Position numbers and translations under genes: made by a program. A stretch of DNA of 63,013 bases, filler included, from Actinomycetota bacterium (GTDB lineage Bacteria > Actinomycetota > Acidimicrobiia > IMCC26256 > VFJJ01): the NCBI GenBank assembly GCA_009886115.1. It is 4 parts of 4 records of this genome, joined end to end, with 100 filler letters (N's around TTAATTAATTAA, not from the genome) between each part and the next. Parts side by side here need not be neighbours in the genome. Positions count along the whole stretch, not along the records: positions 1 to 21,440 come from VFJJ01000224.1; positions 21,541 to 42,141 come from VFJJ01000154.1; 2 more parts are not named here. One strand, 5' to 3'. The first letter of the stretch is position 1. Each line of letters opens with the position of its first letter. Shown here piece after piece: positions 17,615 through 25,847 of the stretch. The notes below the pieces were generated by a model that worked only from the letters and a program-made list of their open reading frames with translations, was not told the DNA's origin and ran no database searches.

Positions 17615-18877
17615 ATGACGAACCTCCGACGTTCCTTTCGCTCGGTCGCCGTCGTCCTCGCCGTGGTGCTCCTGGGAGCGCTACCTGCCGATGCGGGGAC
17701 GAAGGAAGACTTCGAGGCCGCGCAGGCCCAGGTCGCCGCGCTACGTGACGAGGCAGCCGCGGCCAACCAGCGGGTGCAGGACGCCTACGCCCGCCGGGAC
17801 GAGCTCCAGGACCAGGTCGACGCCCTCAAGGCCGACATCGCGGCCACCCAGCAGCGCGTCGACGAGCTCCAGGACCGGGCCGACGAACGGGCCGTCACGG
17901 CGTACGTGAGCGGCGCGCTCTCGGGGGTCGCCGCGCTCGACGTCGACTCGATCATGGACTCAGCCCGCCGCACGACCCTGCTCGGGAACCTGGCCTCCGA
18001 CGACGCCAACGTGCTCGACGCCCTCACGGTGGCCAACGACGATCGGGAGGCCCAGGAGCGGGCGCTCGAGGCGCTCGAGCGCGAGCAGGTCGACATCGCG
18101 GCGACGCTCGAGACCGAGGTGGCCGACGCCCTGGCCGCGCTGGTCGAGGCCCAGGCCCTCGAAGCCGAGATCGAGCAGAAGTACGAGGCCGAGCTGGCCG
18201 CCTACCGAGCCGCTGTCGAGAAGCGCCTTCGGGAGGAGGAAGCCAAGCGTGCCGCCGAGGCCGCGGCCCGTGAGCAGGCCCGCCGGGCGGCCCAGCGGGC
18301 TGAACGCCAGCGGCTGGCCGACGAGAAGGCCGCCAGCGACGCCACCAGCACGACCACCACGACCGTCCCCCCGACGGGTCCCGACGGCAGCACGGTCCCG
18401 CCCACCACGGTGCCCGCGGGCCCGACGCCGGGCACCGGCACCGGTGGAGGAAGCGCCACGGGCACCACGACCGGCGGGGACTGGTTGCCGACCACCGCAT
18501 GGTCGTGCCCGCAACCGGGTTCGGCCTTCTTCAACTCGTGGGGCGCACCCCGCTCGGGCGGGCGTCGACACCAGGGTGTCGACCTGATGATCCCCGAAGG
18601 CAGCGTCGTCATCGCGGTGGTCGGAGGATCGGTGAGCCACAGGAACGGCGGTCTCGCCGGTGTCGGGGCGTGGCTGAACGGCGACGACGGCAACACCTAC
18701 TTCTACGCCCACCTCCTCGAGGACTCGGTCACCGACGGCCGGGTCGAGCGCGGCGCGGCGTTCGCCAAGTCGTCCGACAGCGGCAACGCCCGGGGTGTGC
18801 CCCACACCCACTTCGAGATCCACCCCGGCGGCGGCAAGCCCGTCAACCCCCACCCCGCTGTCGCCGCCTACTGCTAG
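17615..18877 (+). CDS. Secreted coiled-coil M23 family peptidoglycan peptidase
   Basis: Signal peptide, long coiled coil, Thr/Gly linker, HQGVD, YAHL and HTHFEIH motifs. Confidence 0.9.
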   Translation: MTNLRRSFRSVAVVLAVVLLGALPADAGTKEDFEAAQAQVAALRDEAAAANQRVQDAYARRDELQDQVDALKADIAATQQRVDELQDRADERAVTAYVSGALSGVAALDVDSIMDSARRTTLLGNLASDDANVLDALTVANDDREAQERALEALEREQVDIAATLETEVADALAALVEAQALEAEIEQKYEAELAAYRAAVEKRLREEEAKRAAEAAAREQARRAAQRAERQRLADEKAASDATSTTTTTVPPTGPDGSTVPPTTVPAGPTPGTGTGGGSATGTTTGGDWLPTTAWSCPQPGSAFFNSWGAPRSGGRRHQGVDLMIPEGSVVIAVVGGSVSHRNGGLAGVGAWLNGDDGNTYFYAHLLEDSVTDGRVERGAAFAKSSDSGNARGVPHTHFEIHPGGGKPVNPHPAVAAYC

Positions 18878-19027
18878 CTGCCCGCTCCTCGTGGGGCGCG
18901 GCGGTCCCGTGTCGCGGCCGCCCGGGCGGCAGCGACGTACCGGGTGAGCGGGCCCCGAAGTGTGGTTCGTGGGGGGTGCCGGGACCGGTAACGTGGGAGC
19001 ACCTGTCCGGCTGCCCGGAGTTCGCTG

Positions 19028-19543
19028 ATGCCGATCACCCGTCTCGAACGTATCCGTGAACCCGACTACCTCGTCGATCTCGACGCCCGGTCCACCGACG
19101 ACCTGCGGCGCATGCGCGACGACTGCGTCGAGCTCGAGACCGAGGCCAGCTACCTGCGCCGCATGGCCCAGGGGCGTATCGACATCCTCCGATCGGAGCA
19201 GACCCGCCGTGAGGCCGGCGAGGGCGGTTCGCTCGACGGGCTGATCAACGATCTGCCCCGCATCCTGGCGGGAGACGCGCCCCGAACGGATGCGACCCAC
19301 AGCCGCATCCCGGCGCTCCTGGGCCCGCCCGAGACCGAGGAGCTCCGGGGACTGTTCCCCGAGCTGAACGGCGACGCGACCCTGGCCGACGTGCCCGCCA
19401 TGTCCGATCCCGATCTCGCGGGGGCGCTCGATCGGTTCGGCGAGGCCGAACGAGCGGTCTCGACCATCCGTCGTGAGCTCCACACCGTCATCGACGCCAT
19501 CGAGGCCCAGCTCACCAAGCGCATCCGGGCCGGCGTCGAGTAG
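19028..19543 (+). CDS. rsiG: RsiG/AmfC-family c-di-GMP-dependent anti-sigma factor homolog
   Basis: ETEASYLRRMAQGRID matches E-x3-S-x2-R-x3-Q-x3-D exactly; second copy ERAVSTIRRELHTVID (Q to H). Confidence 0.85.
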   Translation: MPITRLERIREPDYLVDLDARSTDDLRRMRDDCVELETEASYLRRMAQGRIDILRSEQTRREAGEGGSLDGLINDLPRILAGDAPRTDATHSRIPALLGPPETEELRGLFPELNGDATLADVPAMSDPDLAGALDRFGEAERAVSTIRRELHTVIDAIEAQLTKRIRAGVE

Positions 19544-19690
19544 CGCCGAAAGGGCTGTTCACCGAGCCCGCCGAGTGAAGCGCAACGAGCGATTGGCCCC
19601 GAAAGTCGGGAATCGAACAGGCCCATCCCCGGTTGCGCCGAAAGGCCGCCCGGGATCGGACGGGCCTGCCTCGCTAGCATCCGACGGATT

Positions 19691-20923
19691 ATGCCCGTGA
19701 GTCGACTCGCCATCGTGAGCTTCCACACCTCGCCGCTGGCCCAACCGGGCATCGGTGACGGTGGCGGCATGAACGTCTACGTGGATTCCCTCGCCCGAGG
19801 GCTGGCGCGTGCCGGCGTCCATTGCGACGTGCTCACCCGGGCCGAGGGGCCGGGCCGGGAACCGGTCGTCGAGGTCGAGCCGGGCTACGTGGTCCGCCAC
19901 CTGCGGGCGGGTCCCCCTCGCCCCGTGCCCAAAGAAGAGCTGGTCGGCCTGGTCCCCGAGTTCACCGACCGGATGGTCGAGCTGTACCGCGACGTCCGCC
20001 TGCGCCCCGATCTGCTGCACGGCAACTACTGGCTCTCGGGCCTGGCATCGCACCGGGCCAAGCACGAGCTCGACCTGCCCATGGTGGCGACGTTCCACAC
20101 GCTGGCCCGGGTCAAGGCCGAGACCGCCGCATCCGACGAGCCCGAGCTCCGGGCCCGCAGCGAGTCCGAGATCGTCCGCTGCAGCGACCTGATCCTGGCC
20201 TCGACCCCCGAGGAGGCCGACCAGCTGGCTTCGCTGTACGACGCCGATCGGAATCGCATCGAGATCGTTCCGCCCGGGGTCGACCATCACGTCTTCCGGC
20301 CCGGTGATCGTCGGGCGGCCCGGTCGAAGCTGGGGTTGGACGGGCGCAACGTGGTCTTGTTCGTCGGTCGCATCCAGCCGCTCAAGGGCCTCGAGCTGGC
20401 CGTCCGGGCCTTCGCCCAGATCGCACGCGACGACCCGACCGCCGTGCTGGTCGTCATCGGTGGCCCGAGCGGCACCGATGGTCCGGCCGAGCTGGCCCGG
20501 GCCGAGGCCGTCGTCACCGAGCACGGGCTCGCGTCCCGGGTCCACTTCCATCCTCCGCAGCCCCACGAGCGCCTCGTCACCTGGTACCGGGCCGCTGACG
20601 TGTGCCTGGTCCCTTCCCGGGCCGAGTCGTTCGGGCTGGTCGCGCTGGAGGCGGCCGCCTGCGGCACCCCGGTGGTCGCCGCCGCGGTCGGCGGCCTGCG
20701 GTCGATCATCCACGACGGGCTCACCGGTGTGTTGGTCGACGGTCGCGACCCGGCCGACTTTGCCGAGCCGATCGTACGCCTCCTGTGCGAACCCGAGCGG
20801 CGCATCGAGATGGGACTCAGCGCCGCAGCCTCGGCCCGGCAGTACTCCTGGGACATGACGGCCGTGCGGCTGCGCAGGCTCTACGCCGACGTGATCGCCC
20901 GAACCCCGGTCCGCTGCTTCTGA
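19691..20923 (+). CDS. mshA: D-inositol-3-phosphate glycosyltransferase (mycothiol synthesis)
   Basis: HTSPLAQPG.GDGGGMNVYV, YWLSG, GRIQPLKG, ESFGLVALEA motifs. Confidence 0.88.
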   Translation: MPVSRLAIVSFHTSPLAQPGIGDGGGMNVYVDSLARGLARAGVHCDVLTRAEGPGREPVVEVEPGYVVRHLRAGPPRPVPKEELVGLVPEFTDRMVELYRDVRLRPDLLHGNYWLSGLASHRAKHELDLPMVATFHTLARVKAETAASDEPELRARSESEIVRCSDLILASTPEEADQLASLYDADRNRIEIVPPGVDHHVFRPGDRRAARSKLGLDGRNVVLFVGRIQPLKGLELAVRAFAQIARDDPTAVLVVIGGPSGTDGPAELARAEAVVTEHGLASRVHFHPPQPHERLVTWYRAADVCLVPSRAESFGLVALEAAACGTPVVAAAVGGLRSIIHDGLTGVLVDGRDPADFAEPIVRLLCEPERRIEMGLSAAASARQYSWDMTAVRLRRLYADVIARTPVRCF

Positions 20924-21109
20924 GCGAGGGGCGCATCGAGATTTGACCGGAAATGACCGTTTCCGTGCACCGGATGGGGGCCCCGGGCCCGATCGGTCCG
21001 AGGCGCCGTCGGAGCGAGGTCTGCGATGGTGCGCACGGTGTGCCACGGGGACTACCGTCTAGGCAACAGCGGTTGGTTGGGCGTTGTCACGAGGCCATCA
21101 GGTCAGGGC

Positions 21110-21127
21110 TTGTGAGCGTGTTCACGA
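21110..21127. promoter_or_regulatory. Rex- or CRP-like palindromic operator
   Basis: TTGTGAGCGTGTTCACGA resembles TTGTGAA-N4-TTCACAA (Rex) and TGTGA-N6-TCACA (CRP). Confidence 0.45.
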
Positions 21128-21172
21128 GCGCCCGGGTCCCCGACCGCAGCGGCGAAGCGATGGACACAGTCT

Positions 21173-21227
21173 CACCGAGGACACAGAGCACCGAGGACAC
21201 AGAGCACCGAGGACACAGAGCACCGAG
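21173..21227. repeat. 16-bp tandem repeat CACCGAGGACACAGAG, 3 copies plus a partial
   Basis: Three perfect copies followed by CACCGAG. Confidence 0.9.
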
Positions 21228-21286
21228 AGGGAGGGCGACTCCATGGGGCGATACGAGCGAGAGAGCGCCGGGGCGGGTAGCTCTCG

Positions 21287-21440
21287 ATGAGCCCCGTCCT
21301 CGCCATCTCGATCACGTGGGACACCATCAATCCCGTGCAATGGTCGGGGCCGGCCACCCGCTTGAACGTCTCGATCATCCTCCTCGTGCTCTTCGTGGCC
21401 GCCTTCATGGGCATCATCAAGCGCAAGCCCAAGCCCGAGA
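21287..21440 (+). CDS. Membrane protein, N-terminal part cut by the contig end
   Basis: ATG, hydrophobic helix VSIILLVLFVAAFMGII followed by KRKPKP; runs into the N gap. Confidence 0.55.
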
Positions 21441-21540
21441 NNNNNNNNNNNNNNNNNNNNNNNNNNNNNNNNNNNNNNNNNNNNTTAATTAATTAANNNN
21501 NNNNNNNNNNNNNNNNNNNNNNNNNNNNNNNNNNNNNNNN
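21441..21540. other. Artificial contig joint
   Basis: 100 positions of N with central TTAATTAATTAA (stop codons in all frames). Confidence 0.97.
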
Positions 21541-24333
21541 CACACGCACTGGGATCGCGAGTGGTACCTGCCGTTCCAGACGTACCGCTTGAGGCTCGTA
21601 CGGATGCTCGACGAGCTCCTCCCGGCGCTCGTCGGCGACGCGTCGTACCGAAGGTTCCTCCTCGACGGGCAGACGGTGGCCGTCGACGACTACCTCGACG
21701 TGCGGCCCGAGATGGCGACGACGATCGCCGCCCTGGTGGCCGAGCGGCGACTCGCCGTCGGCCCCTGGGCCGTGCTCATGGACGAGTTCATGGTCTCGGC
21801 CGAGACGATCGTCCGCAACCTGCAGCGCGGGATCCACCGAGCCGCCGAGCTCGGGGCCTCGATGCCCGTCGGGTACCTCCCCGACATGTTCGGCCACGTG
21901 GCCCAGATGCCGCAGATCCTGCGCCAGGCCGGTCTGGAGCATGCCGTCGTGTGGCGCGGCGTACCGTCGGCCGTCGACCGCACGGCGTTCTGGTGGAGCG
22001 CTCCCGACGGCTCGCGCGTCCGGGCCGAGTTCCTCTACGGCTCCTACGCCAATGCTGCTGTGATCACGGGCGATCCGGCCGGCCTGGCCTCGCTGGCGGA
22101 GTCGTACGTCGAGGAGCTCGGCTCGTACCGGATCCCGGGAGCCGGTGTGCTGTTGATGCACGGGGGCGACCATCGCGCGCCGTTCACCGGTTTGGGGGCG
22201 GTGGTGGCCGAGGCCAATGCGCTCCAGGGCCGGTTCCACTTCCGCATCTGCGGGCTCGACGAGTACCTCCCCACCCAGCCCGTCGACGGGTTGCCGCTCT
22301 GGACCGGCGAGCTGCGATCGGGCCATGCCACCAACCTGCTGATGGGCGTGGCCTCCAACCGTGTCGATGTGCACCAGCTCGCGGCGCGAGCCGAGCGGTC
22401 GCTCGAGCGCGGCGCCGAACCGCTGGCGGCGCTGTTCATCCCGCACGAGCACCGGCCCGGACGGCTGCTCGATCGGGCGTGGGACGCGCTGGTTCTCAAC
22501 AGCGCGCACGACTCCTCGTGCGCGTGCAGCATCGACGAGACCGTCGACCAGGTCGTCGTGCGCTATCGCGAGACCGTCCAGATCGCGGACGGTGTGGTTG
22601 CCGAGGCCATGCGCTGGTTGGCGTCCGAGGTTCGGGCCGACCCCGGGACCGTCGTCGTGGCCAATCCCACCGCCCGCCCGCGGGGAGGCATGATCGAGCT
22701 CGACGTGGTCGCCGGTCCGGCCGGGGCGCCGACAACCGACGCCGGCGCGGGAGCGGGAGCGGGAGCGACACCCGACTTCGGGCCGGGCACGCTCGTGCAG
22801 CTCATCGGCGAGACGGGGCCCGAGGAGGTGCTCTCGCAGATCGTGGTGGGCCGCAAGATCCGGTGGTTCGTCCAGATGCTCGACACCTTCGGGCTCGGCG
22901 GTGAGCCCGTCGCCCACGTCGACGATCGGGGCGACGAGGTGACCTTCCTTCTGGCCGGCCCCGGCGAGGCGGCCGTCGACCTCGAGCCGTGGAAGGACCG
23001 CCTGCTGGCCCGGGCCGGCGACGACGGCGTTGTGCGCGTCCGCTCGGTGCGACCGGGCCGGCGCCGCTACGCCGTGTCGGTGCCCGAGGTCCCCGGCTTC
23101 GGCTGGCGGGCCCTCGCCCCGACCCCGTCCCGCTTCTTTGTGGCCAGCACCGCGCCGGGCGCGGTCGTGGCCACAAAGAACGAGGGGGTGTGGGGCGCCG
23201 ACGGGCGCATCGGCAACGGCCTGGTGACGGTGACCGCGGGCGTCGACGGCACGTTCGAGATGGCGACGGTCGACGGTGTGCGCGTCGGCGGGCTCGGCCG
23301 CCTGGTCGACGGCGGCGACGGGGGCGACACCTACACCTGGTCGCCCCCCGACCTCGACGTCGTCGTCGACGCTCCCGAGCACGTCATCACCGATGTGCTC
23401 GAGCACGGGCCGGTGCGGGCCCGTCTGCTCATCTCGGCCCGGTACCTCTGGCCGACCCACGCCCTGGGCGACGACCGACGGTGCCACGCCCGATCACGCG
23501 AGACCACGACGGTGGTCATCGGCACCATCGTCGAGGTACGCGCGGGCGAGCCCTTCGCGCGGGTCGAGCACCGGTTCCACAACACCTGCCGCGATCATCG
23601 ACTCCGGGCTCATTTCCCCCTTCCGGCAAGGGTTTCCGGCTCGGCTGCCGAGTGCGCCTTCACCGTGGTCGAGCGAGGGCTCGAGGCCGAAGGGGGGCCG
23701 CACGAACTGGCCGTGCCCACGTTCCCCAGTCGACGGTTCGTGTCGTGCAGCGACGGGGTGGTGGGCCTGTCGCTCGTCCACGACGGCCTGCTCGAGTACG
23801 AGGTGGTGGGCGGCGGTACCGAGCTCGCCCTCACGCTCGTGCGAGCCACCGGATACCTTTCGCGGCGAGAGCCGCAGACCAGGCCGAACCCGGCCGGGCC
23901 GGCCCTGATCGTGGCTGGGGCCCAGGTTCCCGGGCCCCGCGTCGCCCGGTACGCTGTGATGGTGCATCACGGCACCTGGCAGACGGTCGACCTGTACGGC
24001 GTGGCCGACCGGGTGCTGGTCCCGTTGTCGATGGCCGTGATGGGCGGCACGTTCTCACGGCGCGACCCCCTCGGACGGGAGCTGAGCGTCGACGGAGCCG
24101 AGGTCTCGGCCCTGTACCGCGCCGATGACGGGCGACTGGTGCTGCGCCTGTTCAACCCCACGGGGGAGTCGGTGCTGGCCACGGTCGACCGGTCGGGATC
24201 GGTCGTCGACCTGACGGGCCACGAGCTGGGCCGCTTCGAAGGCTCGATCGGGATGGGCCCCCACGCGATCACGACCCTGGTGTGTGACGGGCCCCGGAGG
24301 GGCCTCGTCGATGCGGCCGGGCTCGGCGCATGA
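21541..24333 (+). CDS. Glycoside hydrolase family 38 alpha-mannosidase (MngB-like), 5' truncated
   Basis: HTHWDREWY at the contig start, FLLDGQ, GYLPDMFGH, AHDSSCACS motifs. Confidence 0.92.
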   Translation, partial: HTHWDREWYLPFQTYRLRLVRMLDELLPALVGDASYRRFLLDGQTVAVDDYLDVRPEMATTIAALVAERRLAVGPWAVLMDEFMVSAETIVRNLQRGIHRAAELGASMPVGYLPDMFGHVAQMPQILRQAGLEHAVVWRGVPSAVDRTAFWWSAPDGSRVRAEFLYGSYANAAVITGDPAGLASLAESYVEELGSYRIPGAGVLLMHGGDHRAPFTGLGAVVAEANALQGRFHFRICGLDEYLPTQPVDGLPLWTGELRSGHATNLLMGVASNRVDVHQLAARAERSLERGAEPLAALFIPHEHRPGRLLDRAWDALVLNSAHDSSCACSIDETVDQVVVRYRETVQIADGVVAEAMRWLASEVRADPGTVVVANPTARPRGGMIELDVVAGPAGAPTTDAGAGAGAGATPDFGPGTLVQLIGETGPEEVLSQIVVGRKIRWFVQMLDTFGLGGEPVAHVDDRGDEVTFLLAGPGEAAVDLEPWKDRLLARAGDDGVVRVRSVRPGRRRYAVSVPEVPGFGWRALAPTPSRFFVASTAPGAVVATKNEGVWGADGRIGNGLVTVTAGVDGTFEMATVDGVRVGGLGRLVDGGDGGDTYTWSPPDLDVVVDAPEHVITDVLEHGPVRARLLISARYLWPTHALGDDRRCHARSRETTTVVIGTIVEVRAGEPFARVEHRFHNTCRDHRLRAHFPLPARVSGSAAECAFTVVERGLEAEGGPHELAVPTFPSRRFVSCSDGVVGLSLVHDGLLEYEVVGGGTELALTLVRATGYLSRREPQTRPNPAGPALIVAGAQVPGPRVARYAVMVHHGTWQTVDLYGVADRVLVPLSMAVMGGTFSRRDPLGRELSVDGAEVSALYRADDGRLVLRLFNPTGESVLATVDRSGSVVDLTGHELGRFEGSIGMGPHAITTLVCDGPRRGLVDAAGLGA

Positions 24334-25070
24334 GTCCCGACCGGCGCGACCTCGTGTACGTCACCCAGGTGGCTCCCTACGCAACGATGCTCGCCGGCGC
24401 GCACGGCGTCCTCCGACAATCGGTCGACGGGTGGTCGCAGATCGCCGACGTGTACGGGCTTCGCCTCCGGCACGTCGCCGACGTGCGGGACCTCGAGCCG
24501 GGCGCGCTGGCCCAGGCCCGGGCCGTGGTGCTGTTCACGATCGGCGAGACCCCGTGGAGCGCCTCCCAGCGCGCCGAGCTGCTCGAGGGCGTGCGCTCGG
24601 ACCGGATGGCACTGTGCGCGATCCACTCGGCGCTCGACGCCTGCGCTTCGTGGGATGCCTACGGCCCCTTGGTGGGCGCCCGTTTCGACGGGCATCCGTG
24701 GACGCAGACCGTCGACCTGGAGATCACCGTCCCGACGCATCCTTCGGTGGCCCATCTCGTTGCCGGCAACGGAGCTGCTGCTCCATGGCAGTGGCACGAC
24801 GAGGTGTACCAGTTCCGCGAGCTCCGTCGCGACGCCACGGTGTTGCTGCGAGTACCGCTCGACCAGCTGAACCTCGACGCGCCGGGAACCATCGTCAGGG
24901 ACTGGGGTTTCCCGGTGTCGTGGTGCCATCACGAAGGCTCGGGACGGGTGTTCGCGAGTGCCCTCGGGCATTTCCCCACCGCCTGGGAGTCGAACGCGTT
25001 CCTCCACCATCTCGCCGGTGGCCTGGCCTGGACGCTCGACCGTGATCCCTGGGGCGCACCGTCGCACTGA
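24330..25070 (+). CDS. ThuA-like domain protein
   Basis: VVLFTIGE, IHSA, GARFDGHPW, DEVYQF, GRVFASALGH; ATGA coupling to GH38. Confidence 0.85.
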   Translation: MSPDRRDLVYVTQVAPYATMLAGAHGVLRQSVDGWSQIADVYGLRLRHVADVRDLEPGALAQARAVVLFTIGETPWSASQRAELLEGVRSDRMALCAIHSALDACASWDAYGPLVGARFDGHPWTQTVDLEITVPTHPSVAHLVAGNGAAAPWQWHDEVYQFRELRRDATVLLRVPLDQLNLDAPGTIVRDWGFPVSWCHHEGSGRVFASALGHFPTAWESNAFLHHLAGGLAWTLDRDPWGAPSH

Positions 25071-25143
25071 GCCACGACCATGTCGCCCTCGCCCCCGACG
25101 AGGTCGCCACGCTGCGGGACCGAAGGTCGACCGGGGTCGCGGC

Positions 25144-25779
25144 CTACAGAAGGGGGCGAGAGCCGAGGCTGCCTGCCACCCGTTCCCGGGAGGCCTCGAA
25201 ATGTGCTGTCTCGTTCAGGGTCGTCAGACGGGCCTGTCCCTTGACGCTCACCTCGATCCGGGTGATCGACGCGTAGCCCACGGTGACCGGGGCGAACCCG
25301 TCGGCGACGCCAAGTACGTGGCCCACGATCCGGTGGATGACCCCGCCATGGCACCCCACGACCACGACGTCGCCGGGGCGCCGAGCCAGCAAGGCGTTCC
25401 AGGCTTCGACGACACGCGCCCTGAACACCTCGGGCGGGTCCCAGCCGATGGCCTCGAAGTCGCCACGCACGATGGCGTCCCAGTACTCGCCGCCGTGGGT
25501 CGCCAGCTCCTCGGTCGGGAAGTACCAGTTCGAGCGACGATCGAGCTCGTCGAAGTCGTGCTCGATCTCGTGGACGCACGAGGCGTCGACGATCGCCTGA
25601 ACGGTCTCGATGGCCCGTCGCTTGGGGCTCGTCACCACCAGGTCGATCGGCTCGTGGGCCAGCCAGGCGCCGAGCCGCTGGGCCTGGAGCGCGCCGAGCT
25701 CCGAGAGCCCCGGATCAGCCGGCCCATGGGGATTGTGCCCCCGCGTGGGTTGGGCGTGGCGCACCAGGAGTACCTGCAC
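25144..25779 (-). CDS. Histidine phosphatase family protein
   Basis: LVRHA, SPKRRAIET and CHGGVI motifs. Confidence 0.9.
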   Translation of the reverse strand: MQVLLVRHAQPTRGHNPHGPADPGLSELGALQAQRLGAWLAHEPIDLVVTSPKRRAIETVQAIVDASCVHEIEHDFDELDRRSNWYFPTEELATHGGEYWDAIVRGDFEAIGWDPPEVFRARVVEAWNALLARRPGDVVVVGCHGGVIHRIVGHVLGVADGFAPVTVGYASITRIEVSVKGQARLTTLNETAHFEASRERVAGSLGSRPLL

Positions 25780-25847
25780 AGCCCGGCAACCTACACGGGC
25801 GTCGAGCCCGTTCGCGACAGGGGGGACGGGCCCAGTGGAACCGATCG

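Noticed and set aside
21173..21227. CRISPR-like array
   Set aside because: Head-to-tail repeats with no spacers and no cas genes; the same applies to 17564, 33949 and 62930
21441..21540. TTAATTAATTAA motif recurring three times within N runs
   Set aside because: Artificial contig linker; ORFs running into it and gene adjacency across it are meaningless
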